From positions 1 to 41,612 of the forward strand of contig PBTB01000073.1 of assembly GCA_002726945.1 (NCBI GenBank): a stretch of DNA of 41,612 nucleotides. The letters run 5' to 3'. This document shows positions 27,759 through 37,657 of this stretch, one piece after another. The notes under the pieces were generated by a model, which did not search any database, was not told the origin of the DNA, and saw only the letters and a list, made by a program, of their open reading frames with translations. Position 1 is the stretch's first letter. The number at the start of each line of letters is the position of its first letter. Origin of the DNA: Deltaproteobacteria bacterium. Lineage in GTDB: Bacteria > SAR324 > NAC60-12. The position numbers and the translations under genes are program-made.

Positions 27759-28127
27759 GATAGTTCCCCTCTTGAGGGTTGTTCCTCTGAAAATCGGGAA
27801 AAATAACTGAAATCCGGAGCAACGCTCCGGAAAACGCAGTCTATCTTGTGCTTGGCAGAAAATTAGTCAACTACATGATATTTAATGGTATTCACCTATT
27901 TTCAAGAAACGAGGATTTTGGGGAAACTCATCAAAAATCCCATTTTTTGCTGATTTTGGCCATCTGAACACGGTATCAAACAAATCCTCATCCTGTTAAA
28001 TTCAAGAAATATCGTTTAATATCAGAAATTTGTGTATTTTATTCCAAGCACTATCTTGCAAAATCCCAACCCTTTACAGGATGAATTTTGCTGAGGACAG
28101 GCACCAACACTCCAGAGGAGGACTATC
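27759..28127 (+). mobile_element. MITE-like repeat, copy C, interrupted by a nested insertion
   Basis: GATAGTTCCCCTCTTGAGGGTTG ... CAACACTCCAGAGGAGGACTATC. Removing 27849-28058 restores a 159-bp element colinear with copies A and B. Confidence 0.75.
27849..28050. mobile_element. 202-bp AT-rich non-autonomous TIR element nested in copy C, with 8-bp target-site duplication
   Basis: Direct repeat CTATCTTG at 27841-27848 and 28051-28058. Ends are TGCTTGGCAGAAAAT... and ...ATTTTATTCCAAGCA, matching at about 14 of the first 17 nt as inverted repeats. 65 G+C of 202 nt by my count. Confidence 0.8.
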
Positions 28128-28250
28128 GACTTTTTACGAGCCCATCAAATGTAAAAACCAGAAGACGTTATAGCACGGTTGCACCTCCAGAAGACCGCTT
28201 TGAAGCCAGCACTCACTTCGGTCATGGCCGGAGCTTTCATGTCCTTCAGG

Positions 28251-28279
28251 TTGACGTTCGCCTCCTGAATCCATAACCT
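28251..28279 (+). promoter_or_regulatory. Candidate sigma70-type promoter for the peptide ABC operon
   Basis: TTGACG (28251-28256), 17-nt spacer, TAACCT (28274-28279). Lies just upstream of AAGGAG and the binding-protein start. Motif match only. Confidence 0.3.
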
Positions 28280-28296
28280 CAACAAGGAGTATGATC

Positions 28297-29874
28297 ATGT
28301 CCAAAAAAACCACGATCCTTGCCATCGCACTTGCGTTTTGCACGTCATTGTTCGCCGCGAATCCGGTGTCGGCAGAATCCACCCTCCGAGTGGTGATGCA
28401 CTCGGATCTGAAGATCGTTGACCCGGTCTGGACCACCGCTTACATGTCCCGGAACTACGGATACATGGTGTATGATACACTGTTTGCACTTGACAGCAAC
28501 CTGCACGTCCAGCCGCAAATGGTGGGGGATTATTCGGTGAGTGACAACAAACTCACCTACACCATGACTTTGCGCGACGGACTGATGTTCCACGACGGCG
28601 CACCTGTCACTGCCGCAGATGCTGTGGCTTCTCTCAAACGTTGGGGGCAAAAAGACGGGATGGGGCAAATGTTGATGGAATACACTGCCGATTTGAGCGC
28701 AGTCGACGACAAGACTCTGAAATTGATCTTGAAAAAGCCGTTCGGGCTGGTGCTGGACGCGCTGGCGAAGCCGAGTTCCAACGTGCCCTTCATCATGCCC
28801 AAGCGTGTGGCGGACACTCCGGCGTCGGAACAGATCAAGGACCACACGGGTTCCGGACCCTTCATCTTCAAGGAGGACGAGTGGAAACCAGGCGACCGCA
28901 CGGTGTTCGTGAAGAACCCGAACTACAAGGCACGGAGTGAGCCGTCGAGTTGGATGTCAGGCAGCAAGGCCGTGAACGTGGACCGCGTGGAGTGGATTTC
29001 CATCAAGGACCACCAGACCGCCGTCAATGCCCTGCTCGCAGGCGAGATTGATTACATGGAATCGGTCCCGCATGACCTGCTTCCGTTGCTGGACGCGGAC
29101 CCGAATGTCCAGACAGCGGTGCTGAATCCGCTGGGGAATCAGTACATGTACCGCATGAACCATCTGCATCCGCCGTTTGACGATGTCCGGGTTCGCCGTG
29201 CCGCCATGTGGGCTGTCAACCAGAAGGACTTTCTGCAAGGCGTGATCGGCAATCCGAAGTACTACAAGGAATGCGCCGCCATGTTCTTCTGCGACACCCC
29301 GCTGGCCACGGACAAGGGAGCGGAGATCATGATGCGCTCGGACTACGAAAAGTCGAAGGCACTGCTGAAGGAAGCCGGGTACGACGGCACCCCGATTGTG
29401 CTGATGCACTCCACCGACCTGAATGTCCTTGCCAATCTGGCCCCCGTGGCCAAGCAGAATCTGGAGCGCGGCGGCTTCAAGGTGGACATGCAGTCAATGG
29501 ACTGGCAGACCCTTGTCTCCCGGCGTTCCAAGCAGGATCCTCCGGGGAAGGTCGGCTGGAACCTCTTCATGACTTCCTGGCAATCTCTGGACATCCTCAA
29601 TCCTATCATGGCAGCAGGTTACCGGGCAAACTGTAACAAGGCGTGGTTCGGCTGGCCCTGCGACACGACAATGGAAGTTCTACGCAAGGCCTTTGCCGAG
29701 GAGCCGGATCCGGCACAACAGAAGGCCATCGCCGAGGCGATTCAGATCCGTGCTATGGAGTACGGCACTCACGGTCATGGAGGTCAGTGGCTGGATGTCA
29801 CGGCATGGCGCAAGGATCAGATTTCCAATGTCCCAAATGCTCCGCTTCCGGTGCAATGGAGCATTTCAAAGTAA
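28297..29874 (+). CDS. Peptide/nickel ABC transporter substrate-binding protein (family 5, DppA/OppA-like)
   Basis: Signal peptide MSKKTTILAIALAFCTSLFAANPVSA. Family-5 SBP-like sequence throughout. ATG at 28297 has better spacing from AAGGAG (28284-28289) than ATG at 28291. Confidence 0.9.
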   Translation: MSKKTTILAIALAFCTSLFAANPVSAESTLRVVMHSDLKIVDPVWTTAYMSRNYGYMVYDTLFALDSNLHVQPQMVGDYSVSDNKLTYTMTLRDGLMFHDGAPVTAADAVASLKRWGQKDGMGQMLMEYTADLSAVDDKTLKLILKKPFGLVLDALAKPSSNVPFIMPKRVADTPASEQIKDHTGSGPFIFKEDEWKPGDRTVFVKNPNYKARSEPSSWMSGSKAVNVDRVEWISIKDHQTAVNALLAGEIDYMESVPHDLLPLLDADPNVQTAVLNPLGNQYMYRMNHLHPPFDDVRVRRAAMWAVNQKDFLQGVIGNPKYYKECAAMFFCDTPLATDKGAEIMMRSDYEKSKALLKEAGYDGTPIVLMHSTDLNVLANLAPVAKQNLERGGFKVDMQSMDWQTLVSRRSKQDPPGKVGWNLFMTSWQSLDILNPIMAAGYRANCNKAWFGWPCDTTMEVLRKAFAEEPDPAQQKAIAEAIQIRAMEYGTHGHGGQWLDVTAWRKDQISNVPNAPLPVQWSISK

Positions 29875-29912
29875 GGCGCTCCGGAACCTTAGCGAAGAGA
29901 TCCCAACGGACC

Positions 29913-30854
29913 ATGCTTGGTTTTCTCGTCCGTCGTATTTTGGCCACCATTCCGGTCTTGGCAATGGTGGCCCTCTTCGTGTTTTTCATGCTGCGACTCA
30001 CGCCGGGAGACCCTGCTGCGATTCTGGCGGGAGACAACGGCGAGCCGCATCAAATCGAGGCCATCCGCGAAGCACTGGGCCTGAACGAACCCATCCTCAC
30101 CCAACTCACCATCTGGCTGGGCAACATCCTGCAAGGTGATTTGGGCGAGTCGTTCTTCTTCAACAAGAAGGTGACGGAACTGATCGCCATGCGGGTGGAC
30201 GCGACCCTCTCGCTGGCCATCGTGACGCTGATCATCACACTGGCGGTAGCGATTCCACTTGGAGTGTTGGCGGCTTACCGACACGGCTCGTGGGTGGACC
30301 GGTTGGTGATGGGCTTTTCCGTGCTGGGATTCTCCGTCCCCATTTTTGTGTTGGGATATTTTCTCATCTTCATCTTCTCGGTGAAGCTCAACTGGTTTCC
30401 GGTGCAGGGCTTCAAGAGCATCAGTGACGGCTTCTGGCCGTTCCTGCACCACCTGATTCTGCCTAGCCTCACCCTCAGCGTCATTTACATCGCACTCATT
30501 GCCCGCATGACCCGCGCCAGCGTCATCGAGGTGCTGAACGAGGACTACATCCGCACCGCCTACGCCAAGGGTTTGAGCAACATGGTGGTGTTGATGCGTC
30601 ATGCCTTGCACAATGCGGCGGTCCCGATCGTCACCATCACTGGAATTGGCGTCGCCCTGCTGATCGGCGGGGTGGTCGTGACCGAGAGCGTGTACAACAT
30701 TCCGGGCTTGGGGCGGCTCACCGTGGACGCTGTGCTGGGTCGGGACTACCCTACGATTCAAGCATTGATCCTTGTGTTCTCCTGTGTTTACGTCGTGATC
30801 AACCTGTTGATTGACCTCTCCTACACCCTGCTCGATCCGAGGATCCGGTATTGA
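29913..30854 (+). CDS. Peptide ABC transporter permease (DppB-like)
   Basis: MLGFLVRRILATIPVLAMVALFVFFMLRLTPGDPA is a typical DppB/OppB N-terminus. ATG at 29913 lies inside ORF 29643..30854. Confidence 0.9.
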   Translation: MLGFLVRRILATIPVLAMVALFVFFMLRLTPGDPAAILAGDNGEPHQIEAIREALGLNEPILTQLTIWLGNILQGDLGESFFFNKKVTELIAMRVDATLSLAIVTLIITLAVAIPLGVLAAYRHGSWVDRLVMGFSVLGFSVPIFVLGYFLIFIFSVKLNWFPVQGFKSISDGFWPFLHHLILPSLTLSVIYIALIARMTRASVIEVLNEDYIRTAYAKGLSNMVVLMRHALHNAAVPIVTITGIGVALLIGGVVVTESVYNIPGLGRLTVDAVLGRDYPTIQALILVFSCVYVVINLLIDLSYTLLDPRIRY

Positions 30855-31801
30855 GTGCCCCTGAGGAATCCCCCATAGCACTGGAGGTGGACAGCGCGGC
30901 CAGTGCTGCGGCAGTCTCCCGGCCCCGGACCGTCTTGCAGATGCTGGTCCGCAACCCCAGCGTCTGTTTTGGCGGTGTGGTGCTGGTGGTGATGCTGCTG
31001 ACGGCTCTGCTGGCACCGTTTTTGGGTACGATCGACCCCAGCAACATTGATCCAATTTACCGCAACAAGGTTCCGGGCACGGAGCGCATGCTGCGGCTGG
31101 ACGACGGCAGTGAGGTGCCGATCACCCACTGGATGGGAACCGACATGCTCGGACGCGACGTGTACAGCCGCGTGATTTACGGCAGCCAGATTTCACTTGT
31201 GGTCGGATTGGCGGTGGCGATTTTGAGCATCGCCGTCGGACTCACCATCGGCTTGGTTTCCGGGTACATCCGTTGGCTGGATGGCATTGTCATGCGCATC
31301 ATGGACGGACTGATGGCGATTCCAGGAATCCTGCTCGCGATTGCGCTGATGTCCTTGTTCAACGCGGGTTTGGGCACGGTGATTTTTGCGATCTTCATTC
31401 CGGAAATCCCACGGGTGGTGCGGCTCGTGCGCTCCATCGTGCTTTCGATCCGGGAGGAACCCTATGTGGAGGCAGCGATTTCCGTGGGCACCTCGGTGCC
31501 GCTGATCCTCATCCGGCATGTGCTGCCCAACACCATCGCCCCACTCATCGTGCAGGGGACCTACATCTGTGCGTCCGCAATTCTGGTGGAAGCGATCCTC
31601 AGTTTTTTGGGGGTGGGCATCCCCCCGGAGATTCCAACCTGGGGCAACATCATGGCCGAGGGCCGGATGCTGTTTCGCGTCTTCCCGCACAATTTGCTCT
31701 ACCCCGGCATCTTTCTCGCCTTCACCATCCTCGCAGTCAACGTGCTAGGCGATGGTCTGCGGGACACCCTCGATCCGCGCATGGCGAAGCGGTTGGGGTA
31801 A
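30851..31801 (+). CDS. Peptide ABC transporter permease (DppC-like)
   Basis: HWMGTDMLGRDVYSRVIYGSQISL and an EAA-loop region. TTG start overlaps the upstream stop. Confidence 0.88.
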   Translation: MSAPEESPIALEVDSAASAAAVSRPRTVLQMLVRNPSVCFGGVVLVVMLLTALLAPFLGTIDPSNIDPIYRNKVPGTERMLRLDDGSEVPITHWMGTDMLGRDVYSRVIYGSQISLVVGLAVAILSIAVGLTIGLVSGYIRWLDGIVMRIMDGLMAIPGILLAIALMSLFNAGLGTVIFAIFIPEIPRVVRLVRSIVLSIREEPYVEAAISVGTSVPLILIRHVLPNTIAPLIVQGTYICASAILVEAILSFLGVGIPPEIPTWGNIMAEGRMLFRVFPHNLLYPGIFLAFTILAVNVLGDGLRDTLDPRMAKRLG

Positions 31802-31805
31802 AAGG

Positions 31806-33428
31806 ATGCAACCTGTCCTGAAAATCGACAACCTCAGTGTGCAACTGCCCAAGGGCGCGGATCGGCAGCATGCCCTTGAGTACGTCAGTTTTGAGGTGCA
31901 TCCCGGCGAAATCCTCTGCCTCGTCGGGGAGTCCGGTTCCGGAAAATCGGTGACGGGCCTGAGCGTGATGGGCTTGCTGCCCAAGGGGCAGCTCACGCCC
32001 GTTTCCGGACAAATCCTGCTACAGGACGAGAATCTGCTCGAAGCCAGCGACGAGCGGCTGCGGGATTTGCGCTGCACCGGAATGTCGATGATCTTTCAGG
32101 AGCCGATGACGGCGCTCAACCCCGTGATGCGCTGCGGGGATCAGATTGACGAGGTGCTGCGCACGCACATCCGGCTTGCTCCAAAAGAACGCACCCAGCG
32201 CATCCTCCGGATCATGGAGGAAGTCCGGTTGCCGGAGCCGAAGCGTCTGATCAACACCTACCCGCATCAACTCTCCGGAGGCCAGCGCCAGCGCATCATG
32301 ATCGCCATGGCGCTCGTCCTCGAACCCGTGCTGCTGATTGCGGATGAGCCGACCACTGCCCTCGACGTGACCACGCAGGCGAGCATCCTCCAACTCATCC
32401 GGGACATCCAGCGGGATCACCAGACCGGGGTCTTGTTCATCACCCATGACTTTGGAGTGGTTGCGGAAATTGCTGACCGTGTGGCCGTGATGCAATGGGG
32501 CAAGGTGGTTGAGTTTGGGGAAGCCAAGCAGGTGCTGTCCAATCCGCAACACGCCTACACGCGCATGTTGATCGGCTCGGTGCCGAGCATGACACCCAGC
32601 CAACGGGAACGGGATGCGTCCGCGCAGGTGGTGCTGAACACCTCCGGACTTTCCAAGACTTACAGCGAACGTGCATTCTTCCGAAGCACCCGCACCGTTC
32701 ATGCCGTGCAGAAGGTGGACCTTGAGGTGCGGCGTGGGGAAACCTTGGGCATCGTTGGCGAATCCGGTTCCGGAAAAACCACGGTCGCCCGCTGCATCGC
32801 CAGACTGACCGACCCCTCCAGCGGCGAGATCTTTTTGGATGGCAAAGAAATCGGACGGCTCCGAACAGGACAACTGCGCCCCTACCGCCGTCGCATCCAA
32901 ATCATTTTTCAGGATCCATACCGCTCCCTTAATCCGCGTCGGGTGGTGGGCGACTCCATTATCGAGGGGGCGACCAACTACGGACTCCCACGCGACAAAG
33001 CTTTGGAGCGGGCACGGTCCCTGATGGAATTGGTGCAACTCGACCCCAACGTGCTGGACCGCTTTCCACACCAGTTTTCCGGAGGACAGCGCCAGCGCAT
33101 CTGCATCGCCCGCGCACTCACGATGGAACCGGAGGTCTTGATTGCAGACGAAGCGGTTTCCGCACTCGATGTTTCGGTGCAGGCCCAAGTTCTCAAACTG
33201 CTTGACGATGTCCGGAAGCACTTCAACCTCGCCCTGCTCTTCATTACACACGACCTGCGCGTGGCCGCGCAAATCTGCGACACCATGGCCGTGATGAGCC
33301 AAAGCAAGGTTGTCGAGTACGGACTCACTCGCGACGTGTTCACCAACCCTCAGCACGAGTACACCCAATCCCTGCTCAACGCCGCTCCCGGCAAGGGCTG
33401 GGACTTCGGCGCGTTCCTCGCGCCCTGA
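31806..33428 (+). CDS. Fused double ATP-binding protein of peptide ABC transporter (DppD/DppF fusion, GsiA-like)
   Basis: Two Walker A motifs ([18 protein letters not shown]) and two signatures ([16 protein letters not shown]). ATG at 31806 after AAGGA, inside ORF 31752..33428. Confidence 0.92.
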   Translation: MQPVLKIDNLSVQLPKGADRQHALEYVSFEVHPGEILCLVGESGSGKSVTGLSVMGLLPKGQLTPVSGQILLQDENLLEASDERLRDLRCTGMSMIFQEPMTALNPVMRCGDQIDEVLRTHIRLAPKERTQRILRIMEEVRLPEPKRLINTYPHQLSGGQRQRIMIAMALVLEPVLLIADEPTTALDVTTQASILQLIRDIQRDHQTGVLFITHDFGVVAEIADRVAVMQWGKVVEFGEAKQVLSNPQHAYTRMLIGSVPSMTPSQRERDASAQVVLNTSGLSKTYSERAFFRSTRTVHAVQKVDLEVRRGETLGIVGESGSGKTTVARCIARLTDPSSGEIFLDGKEIGRLRTGQLRPYRRRIQIIFQDPYRSLNPRRVVGDSIIEGATNYGLPRDKALERARSLMELVQLDPNVLDRFPHQFSGGQRQRICIARALTMEPEVLIADEAVSALDVSVQAQVLKLLDDVRKHFNLALLFITHDLRVAAQICDTMAVMSQSKVVEYGLTRDVFTNPQHEYTQSLLNAAPGKGWDFGAFLAP

Positions 33429-33490
33429 GCGAAAACCGCAGTCACGTTCAATCTCCCACTGAGAAAACCCTGGATAACAGTGTTCGGTTC

Positions 33491-34165
33491 TTAACGTCTT
33501 TTACTATCAGTCCGTCCGAGCGTCTGTCCGGTCTTGGCCCAGTCGTCGAGGAAGGCTTTCAGCCCCTTGTCCGTGAGCGGGTGGTTGAAGAGTTGGAAGA
33601 TGACCTTCGGGGGCGCAGTGAAGACATCGGAACCGATTTTTGCGGCAGCGAGGACGTGTTGCGGGCCGCGCACCGAGGCGGTGAGGATTTGTGTGTCAAA
33701 GCCGTAGTTGTCGTAAATCTCGCGGATGTCGGCGATGAGTTCCATGCCGTCCTGGCCGAGGTCGTCCAACCGTCCCACAAACGGGCTGATGTAGCGGGCA
33801 CCCGCCTTGGCCGCGAGCAGGGCTTGGTTGGCGCTGAAGCAGAGGGTGACATTGACCGGATGTCTGTCCTGACTGAGCGTTTTGCAGGCCCGGATGCCTG
33901 CCGGAGTGAGTGGCACCTTGACGACCATGTTGTCCGCGATTTCCCGCAACCAGCGTCCTTCTCGGACCATCCCTTCCGCCTCGGTGGAAACGGTTTCTCC
34001 AGAAATGTCGCCGGGACAGATCGAGCAGATTTCCACCAGCACCTCCCGGATGTCGCGCCCGGACTTGGCGATGAGGCTGGGGTTGGTGGTCACACCATCA
34101 ATGATACCCAAATCTTGGAGGACTTGGATTTCCTGGACCTCGGCGGTGTCGGCAAAGATTTTCAT
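33491..34165 (-). CDS. tal: Transaldolase / fructose-6-phosphate aldolase (short subfamily 3B)
   Basis: [36 protein letters not shown]...VKVPLT...NVTLCFS...YISPFVGR. Confidence 0.92.
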   Translation of the reverse strand: MKIFADTAEVQEIQVLQDLGIIDGVTTNPSLIAKSGRDIREVLVEICSICPGDISGETVSTEAEGMVREGRWLREIADNMVVKVPLTPAGIRACKTLSQDRHPVNVTLCFSANQALLAAKAGARYISPFVGRLDDLGQDGMELIADIREIYDNYGFDTQILTASVRGPQHVLAAAKIGSDVFTAPPKVIFQLFNHPLTDKGLKAFLDDWAKTGQTLGRTDSKRR

Positions 34166-34230
34166 GAGTTGTTTGGGTTGGGGTTAGGAGCTTATGCATG
34201 AAAAAAGTCTCCTAGAATCGTCTTTCGTTT

Positions 34231-35766
34231 TCAAGAGGAATTGGCGCTTTGCTCAAACTGCGGGCAAAAACCGCCGTCTGCTTGCGGGACGAAGCGCAAA
34301 ATGCGGTCAATGCAGGTGAGGGTATCCTCGGAGGCGTGGGTGATGTACAGCACCTGCGTCGCGGTTTCGTGGCCGATGCGGTCCACAAGGCGCAGGATGC
34401 GCTCGCGATTTTGCGGATCCAACCCTTGACACGGCTCGTCAAGGATGAGCAACTCCGGATGCTTGACCAGCGCCCGCACGAGCAGGAGCAGCCTCTGCTG
34501 ACCGTAGGAGAGCTTTTGGTACTCGCCAGCGGCCAAGGTTTCCAGCCCAAGCGCGGCGACCCACGCTTCGGCTTGGGCGCGTTGGACGGGTGAGGCTTGG
34601 CGGTAAAGTCCGATGGAGTCGAAGAATCCGGAAAGGACAACGTGGCGGCCTTGGATTTCGTTGCGGTACTTCACCTGAAATTCCGAGGACACCAAGCCGA
34701 TGCGCTGCTTGAGATCCCAGATGCTTTCACCAGAACCACGTTTGTGGCCGAAAATCCGGATGTCATTGGAGTACGCCTGCAAGTGCTCCCCGCAGATGAG
34801 GTTGAGCAGTGTTGACTTGCCTGCACCGTTCGGTCCCACCACCCTCCAGTTCTCTTTGGAGTGCACCGTCCAGTCCAGCCCGTTCAGCACCACCTTTTCG
34901 CCATAGCGCACGGTCACGTTGCACATCACCACCGGAGGTTCGGCGAGCGGGGATGCGGTTTCCGGCAGAGGCAGCGGGCGTTTCAATTTTGCATGAGCAG
35001 AACCCTGCACAAAAGTGGGATCGTACAAACCCCGCAGCACCTTTTCGCACAGCACCTCCTGCTGGGAACCCTGCTTGAAAATGCGCCCCGCCTTGAGCGC
35101 AAGCACATGCGAGATTTCCGGGACCACCTCGTCTGTACGATGCGTCACCAGCAGCACGGGCAGACCGTTTTGGATGAGGGAACCGAGGGTCTGCTTGAGC
35201 CACGCGGTGCTGTTGGCGTCAAGTCCGTCAAAGGGTTCGTCGAACAGCAGCAACGCCGGATCGGCAAACAACGCCCGCAGCAGCAGCGTCTTGCGCAGTT
35301 CGCCATTCGAGAACTGCCGCAGCGGGCACTCCAGCAAATCGTCCATCTGGAGCTGCGCCGCAAGCAGTTCCAAGCGCTGCGGACCGGGGTTCGATTCCTC
35401 AGTGATCAATTCCCGGCAGGTGAGGCCCGCCTGCTCCTTGCCGCTGTAGTCCTCCCAGCGCTCCTTGCGCTCCTCGCGGGCGATGAGTTGCTTTTGTTGA
35501 TGGAGCGAGACATAGCCAATGCGCTCCGGCTTGAGCAATTCCGGATGCCGGCGGATGGTGCCCTGAAAGTATGGACGTCGTTGGAGCAGCACCTGCACGA
35601 GCATTGTTTTTCCCGCCCCGTTGGGACCAATCAGCGCCCAGCTTTCGCCAGTCCGGAAGGTCCAGTTCAGTTTCGATAAAACCTCGTTTGCACCGAGCCG
35701 GGTGGAGACGTTTTCCAATGCAAGCAGGGCCATTCCAGTTTGGAGGACAGACGCAGAATTGGGCAT
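34231..35766 (-). CDS. ABC-ATPase with two nucleotide-binding domains and no membrane domain (ModF-like)
   Basis: Walker A GPNGAGKTM and GPNGAGKST. Signatures FSNGELRK and LSYGQQRL. ATG at 35766 avoids overlap with the upstream gene. ORF track 34231..35841. Confidence 0.85.
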   Translation of the reverse strand: MPNSASVLQTGMALLALENVSTRLGANEVLSKLNWTFRTGESWALIGPNGAGKTMLVQVLLQRRPYFQGTIRRHPELLKPERIGYVSLHQQKQLIAREERKERWEDYSGKEQAGLTCRELITEESNPGPQRLELLAAQLQMDDLLECPLRQFSNGELRKTLLLRALFADPALLLFDEPFDGLDANSTAWLKQTLGSLIQNGLPVLLVTHRTDEVVPEISHVLALKAGRIFKQGSQQEVLCEKVLRGLYDPTFVQGSAHAKLKRPLPLPETASPLAEPPVVMCNVTVRYGEKVVLNGLDWTVHSKENWRVVGPNGAGKSTLLNLICGEHLQAYSNDIRIFGHKRGSGESIWDLKQRIGLVSSEFQVKYRNEIQGRHVVLSGFFDSIGLYRQASPVQRAQAEAWVAALGLETLAAGEYQKLSYGQQRLLLLVRALVKHPELLILDEPCQGLDPQNRERILRLVDRIGHETATQVLYITHASEDTLTCIDRILRFVPQADGGFCPQFEQSANSS

Positions 35767-35771
35767 AGCGG

Positions 35772-37604
35772 TCAAACAACCGGGGCAAGTTGGGACGCTT
35801 GTGGAGTTTCCGGAGCGGGACTCCCGTTTTGCAGCCGCCACATTTGCTGATAGTCGCCGGGTCGCCGGACGAGTTCGGCGTGGGTGCCCTGATCAACAAT
35901 ACGCCCTTCGTCAAGGACGAGGATATGATCGGCCCGCTCCATCGAGGTGACGCGATGCGAGACGATGAGCAGCGCCTGCACGAGTGCTTTACCGTCGGCG
36001 TCAGGACGCAGCAATTGGTGGACTTCGCGGAGCAGGAAACGCTCGGTTTCGTAATCCACAGCGGAAAGCACGTTGTCAAGGATGAGCAGATCGCAGGGTT
36101 CGGTTATCGCACGGGCGAGGCTGATGCGCTGCTTCTGCCCTCCGGAGAGCATGATGCCCTTCTCGCCGACCAGCGTTTCGGTTTGCTTGGGGAAACGCTG
36201 CACCTCCTCCTTCAGCGCGGCGGTGTGGAGCACGCGGACGAGAGTTTTCTCTGAACTGCCGTCTGCTTCCGGAAGCGTGAAGCGGATGTTTTCGCGCACG
36301 GTGTCCGAGAACAGAAACGGCTCCTGCGTGACCGTCCGGATGCTGCGGCGCACATCGGAAAAACTCAATTCGTCAAGCTTGCGGTCACCGAGTTTCACAC
36401 TTCCTGGAGGCGGGACGAGGTAGCGGTTCAGGCAGTTGACGAGCGTGCTTTTTCCAGAGCCGATGCGCCCGAGGATGCCGATGACCTGTCCGGGCTGGAT
36501 GGAGAACGAGACCGCCTGCAACACGTCCGAGGAGCCGTCCGGAAAGCGGTAGCTGAGATTTTGCACGGTCAGTCCACCTTTGGAAAACAGCGCACGTGAT
36601 TCGACTTCGGGCAGGTCCGGAGTTGCTGAGAGTGGTGTTTTTTCGGCAAGCACGGTGCGCACGCTCTCCAGCCCGACCAGGCCCTGCTGGATCATCGTCG
36701 TCACCCACCCCAGCGCCATCAACGGCATCGTCAGTAAGACGGCGTAGGTGATGAAGGCGGTGAGTTGGCCGAGCGAGAGGTTTTCCTGAATCACCAGCAT
36801 CCCGCCCACGAGCAGGATGAGCAGTTTGAGGAGGTGTTCGAGGTTGGAGAGGATCGGCATCATGAAGGAGCGCACCCACGAGATGCGTAACGCCCGTGTG
36901 ACCATCTCTTCGCTTTCCACACCAAAGCGACCCAAAGCCCACGGGGGCATCTCGTAACTCTTGATGACGTCGATACCGGAGAGCGAAGCCGCCGAGAACG
37001 CAGAGAGCCGCTGCAACGCCTGCATCCGTGCCCGCATGTTGCGGACCAGCACACGCATTCCCAGTCGGACGATGGCGAAGACCACGATGATCGGCAGGAT
37101 GCAGTAGAGCGTGAGCTTGGGAGAAAGCTGCCACATCTTCAGCGGCGTGAGCGAGAGCATCGTGGCGATATTGAACGCCTGCATCATTGCAAACCCGTAG
37201 ATCATGCGGATGCCCATGATGTCGTTGTTGACCTTGGAGATGATACCGCCGGAGGGGTTTTTGTCGTAGTAATCCTTCTGGAGCGCCATCAGCTTGTGGA
37301 ACATGTCGTTCTTGATCTGACACTCAATGGCGCGTCCGGGGTTGAAGAAGAGGATGCGCGAGAGCGTGCGCACCACGATCATGCTCACGGCAAGGGCCAG
37401 CATGATCAGCAGGTTGTCGGTGAGCCGTTGCGGCTGGTTGCTCAGGTTCTCCCCCAGCAGGTCAATGCTGACCTGGATGTAGTGGGGAATGCTGACGGCG
37501 ATCCAGTTGGTACAAATGATCGCCACCACGCCCAAGCTGTAGGAAAGCCAATGCTGGCGCAGGTAGTGAAGCAGCAGTGGGAGGGTGCGGTCAGCCGGGG
37601 GCAC
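35772..37604 (-). CDS. ABC exporter, fused permease/ATPase (MsbA-like / multidrug type)
   Basis: Six-helix N-terminal TMD, then GRIGSGKST, LSGGQKQRISLARA, LLILDNVLSAVD. GTG start. Confidence 0.9.
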   Translation of the reverse strand: MPPADRTLPLLLHYLRQHWLSYSLGVVAIICTNWIAVSIPHYIQVSIDLLGENLSNQPQRLTDNLLIMLALAVSMIVVRTLSRILFFNPGRAIECQIKNDMFHKLMALQKDYYDKNPSGGIISKVNNDIMGIRMIYGFAMMQAFNIATMLSLTPLKMWQLSPKLTLYCILPIIVVFAIVRLGMRVLVRNMRARMQALQRLSAFSAASLSGIDVIKSYEMPPWALGRFGVESEEMVTRALRISWVRSFMMPILSNLEHLLKLLILLVGGMLVIQENLSLGQLTAFITYAVLLTMPLMALGWVTTMIQQGLVGLESVRTVLAEKTPLSATPDLPEVESRALFSKGGLTVQNLSYRFPDGSSDVLQAVSFSIQPGQVIGILGRIGSGKSTLVNCLNRYLVPPPGSVKLGDRKLDELSFSDVRRSIRTVTQEPFLFSDTVRENIRFTLPEADGSSEKTLVRVLHTAALKEEVQRFPKQTETLVGEKGIMLSGGQKQRISLARAITEPCDLLILDNVLSAVDYETERFLLREVHQLLRPDADGKALVQALLIVSHRVTSMERADHILVLDEGRIVDQGTHAELVRRPGDYQQMWRLQNGSPAPETPQASQLAPVV

Positions 37605-37657
37605 AAAGGGTGAGGAGTGAAGGGTGAAAGAAGCCGTGAGCTAAGCAGGTGTGGAAA

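Noticed and set aside
27875-27967. 30-codon ORF (MIFNGIHLFSRNEDFGETHQKSHFLLILAI) inside the nested 202-bp element.
   Set aside because: Too short, no ribosome-binding site, and no similarity I can recognise. Far too small for a transposase.
29643-29912. N-terminal 90-codon extension of the DppB-like permease ORF, and the similar extension 31752..31805 of the ATPase ORF.
   Set aside because: The extensions overlap the preceding genes in another frame and are Arg/Gly-rich nonsense. The canonical family N-termini begin at the internal ATGs 29913 and 31806.
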